NCBI GenBank assembly: GCA_947564705.1
Contig: CANODD010000001.1
Span: 1-36,716, forward strand
Reading direction: 5' to 3'
Length of the DNA stretch: 36,716 bases
DNA from: an uncultured Dorea sp.
GTDB taxonomy: Bacteria > Bacillota > Clostridia > Lachnospirales > Lachnospiraceae
Each line of letters starts with the position of its first letter. Positions within the stretch are counted from its first letter, which is position 1. The notes under the pieces were generated by a model. That model did not search any database, was not told the DNA's origin, and saw only the letters and a list, made by a program, of their open reading frames with translations. Shown piece after piece: positions 35,995-36,716 of the stretch. A program made the translations under genes and the position numbers.

Positions 35995-36716
35995 TTATAA
36001 TTGGTCAAGGGTGTTGAAGAATTCCGGGTAAGAAACGTCAACACATTGACTGTTTTCGATGACAGTCTCGCCTTCTGCGGTTAATCCCGCTGTCGCAAAC
36101 GCCATTGCGATGCGATGATCCAGGTAACTTCTGATCTGTGCTCCTTTGAGGGTTTTTCCGCCTTCTATGATCATGCCGTCATCCGTGGGCGTAACGTCTG
36201 CGCCCATGGCGCGGAGGTTCTCTGTTACGGTATAGATACGGTTTGTTTCTTTTACTTTTAATTCCGCCGCATCTTTTATAATAGTCGTTCCGGAGGCACA
36301 TGCAGCCATGACCGCGATGACGGGAATCTCGTCTATGAGTGTCGGAATGAGACTGCCTTCTATCGTGACTCCGTGAAGCGGGCTGTGTCTGACAAGGATA
36401 TCGGCGGTGGGTTCTCCGCCGGCATTCTGTTCGTTCAGGTAAGTGATATCCGCGCCCATAGCCTTGCATACTTTAAGGATTCCCGCCCGGGTAGGATTTG
36501 TTCCTACATTTTTAATCAGTAATTCCGAACCCGGGACAAGAAGCCCTGCGGCAATAAAATAAGCTGCCGACGAGATGTCGCCGGGTACCTGGATGTTCTG
36601 TCCATAGAGTTCCTTACAGGGCTGTATGCGTGCTGTGGCCGTACCGTTTTCGTGAAGGGCGGAAGATATGTCTGCGCCGAAGCCTCTGAGCATCAGTTCC
36701 GTATGATTGCGGGAAA
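35995..36716 (-). CDS. aroA: 3-phosphoshikimate 1-carboxyvinyltransferase, C-terminal part (5' end outside the window)
   Basis: VPGDISSAAYF, NPTRAG, LIDEIP, ELKVKETNRI, DHRIAMAF, VSYPEFF. Confidence 0.96.
   Translation of the reverse strand, partial: SRNHTELMLRGFGADISSALHENGTATARIQPCKELYGQNIQVPGDISSAAYFIAAGLLVPGSELLIKNVGTNPTRAGILKVCKAMGADITYLNEQNAGGEPTADILVRHSPLHGVTIEGSLIPTLIDEIPVIAVMAACASGTTIIKDAAELKVKETNRIYTVTENLRAMGADVTPTDDGMIIEGGKTLKGAQIRSYLDHRIAMAFATAGLTAEGETVIENSQCVDVSYPEFFNTLDQL

Overview
Chromosomal window from a Firmicute anaerobe; gene content and promoter style suggest Lachnospiraceae/Clostridia (inference). I found no rRNA, tRNA, CRISPR array, transposase or prophage. In order: a partial TPR-like gene; a glycerol operon (attenuator leader, glpP, glpK, then a three-gene FAD/Fe-S putative glycerol-3-phosphate dehydrogenase); a candidate unannotated minus-strand small RNA; a GT2 glycosyltransferase; rubrerythrin; a Csp-like S8 protease; a two-component system with a LolD/FtsX ABC exporter; an FlxA-like gene; a second two-component system; hisH-hisF-traX-like; mgtC-like; an NhaC-family transporter; ung; an lpdA-like gene; a small type I toxin-antitoxin-like cassette missed by the ORF track; an M48/YgjP gene; a precorrin-2 dehydrogenase-like gene; a trimeric bifurcating-type [FeFe]-hydrogenase (hydC-hydB-hydA); an apparent four-gene operon of PAS-containing sensory [FeFe]-hydrogenase, PP2C/SpoIIE phosphatase, FIST protein and soluble chemoreceptor; and partial aroA. 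The best candidates for undescribed systems are (1) the HydS-phosphatase-FIST-MCP operon, a possible H2/gas-sensing link to chemotaxis, (2) the csRNA-like anti-RBS sRNA with six phased response-regulator-type boxes, and (3) the type I TA cassette. Family calls come from motifs recognised by eye; no database searches were run.
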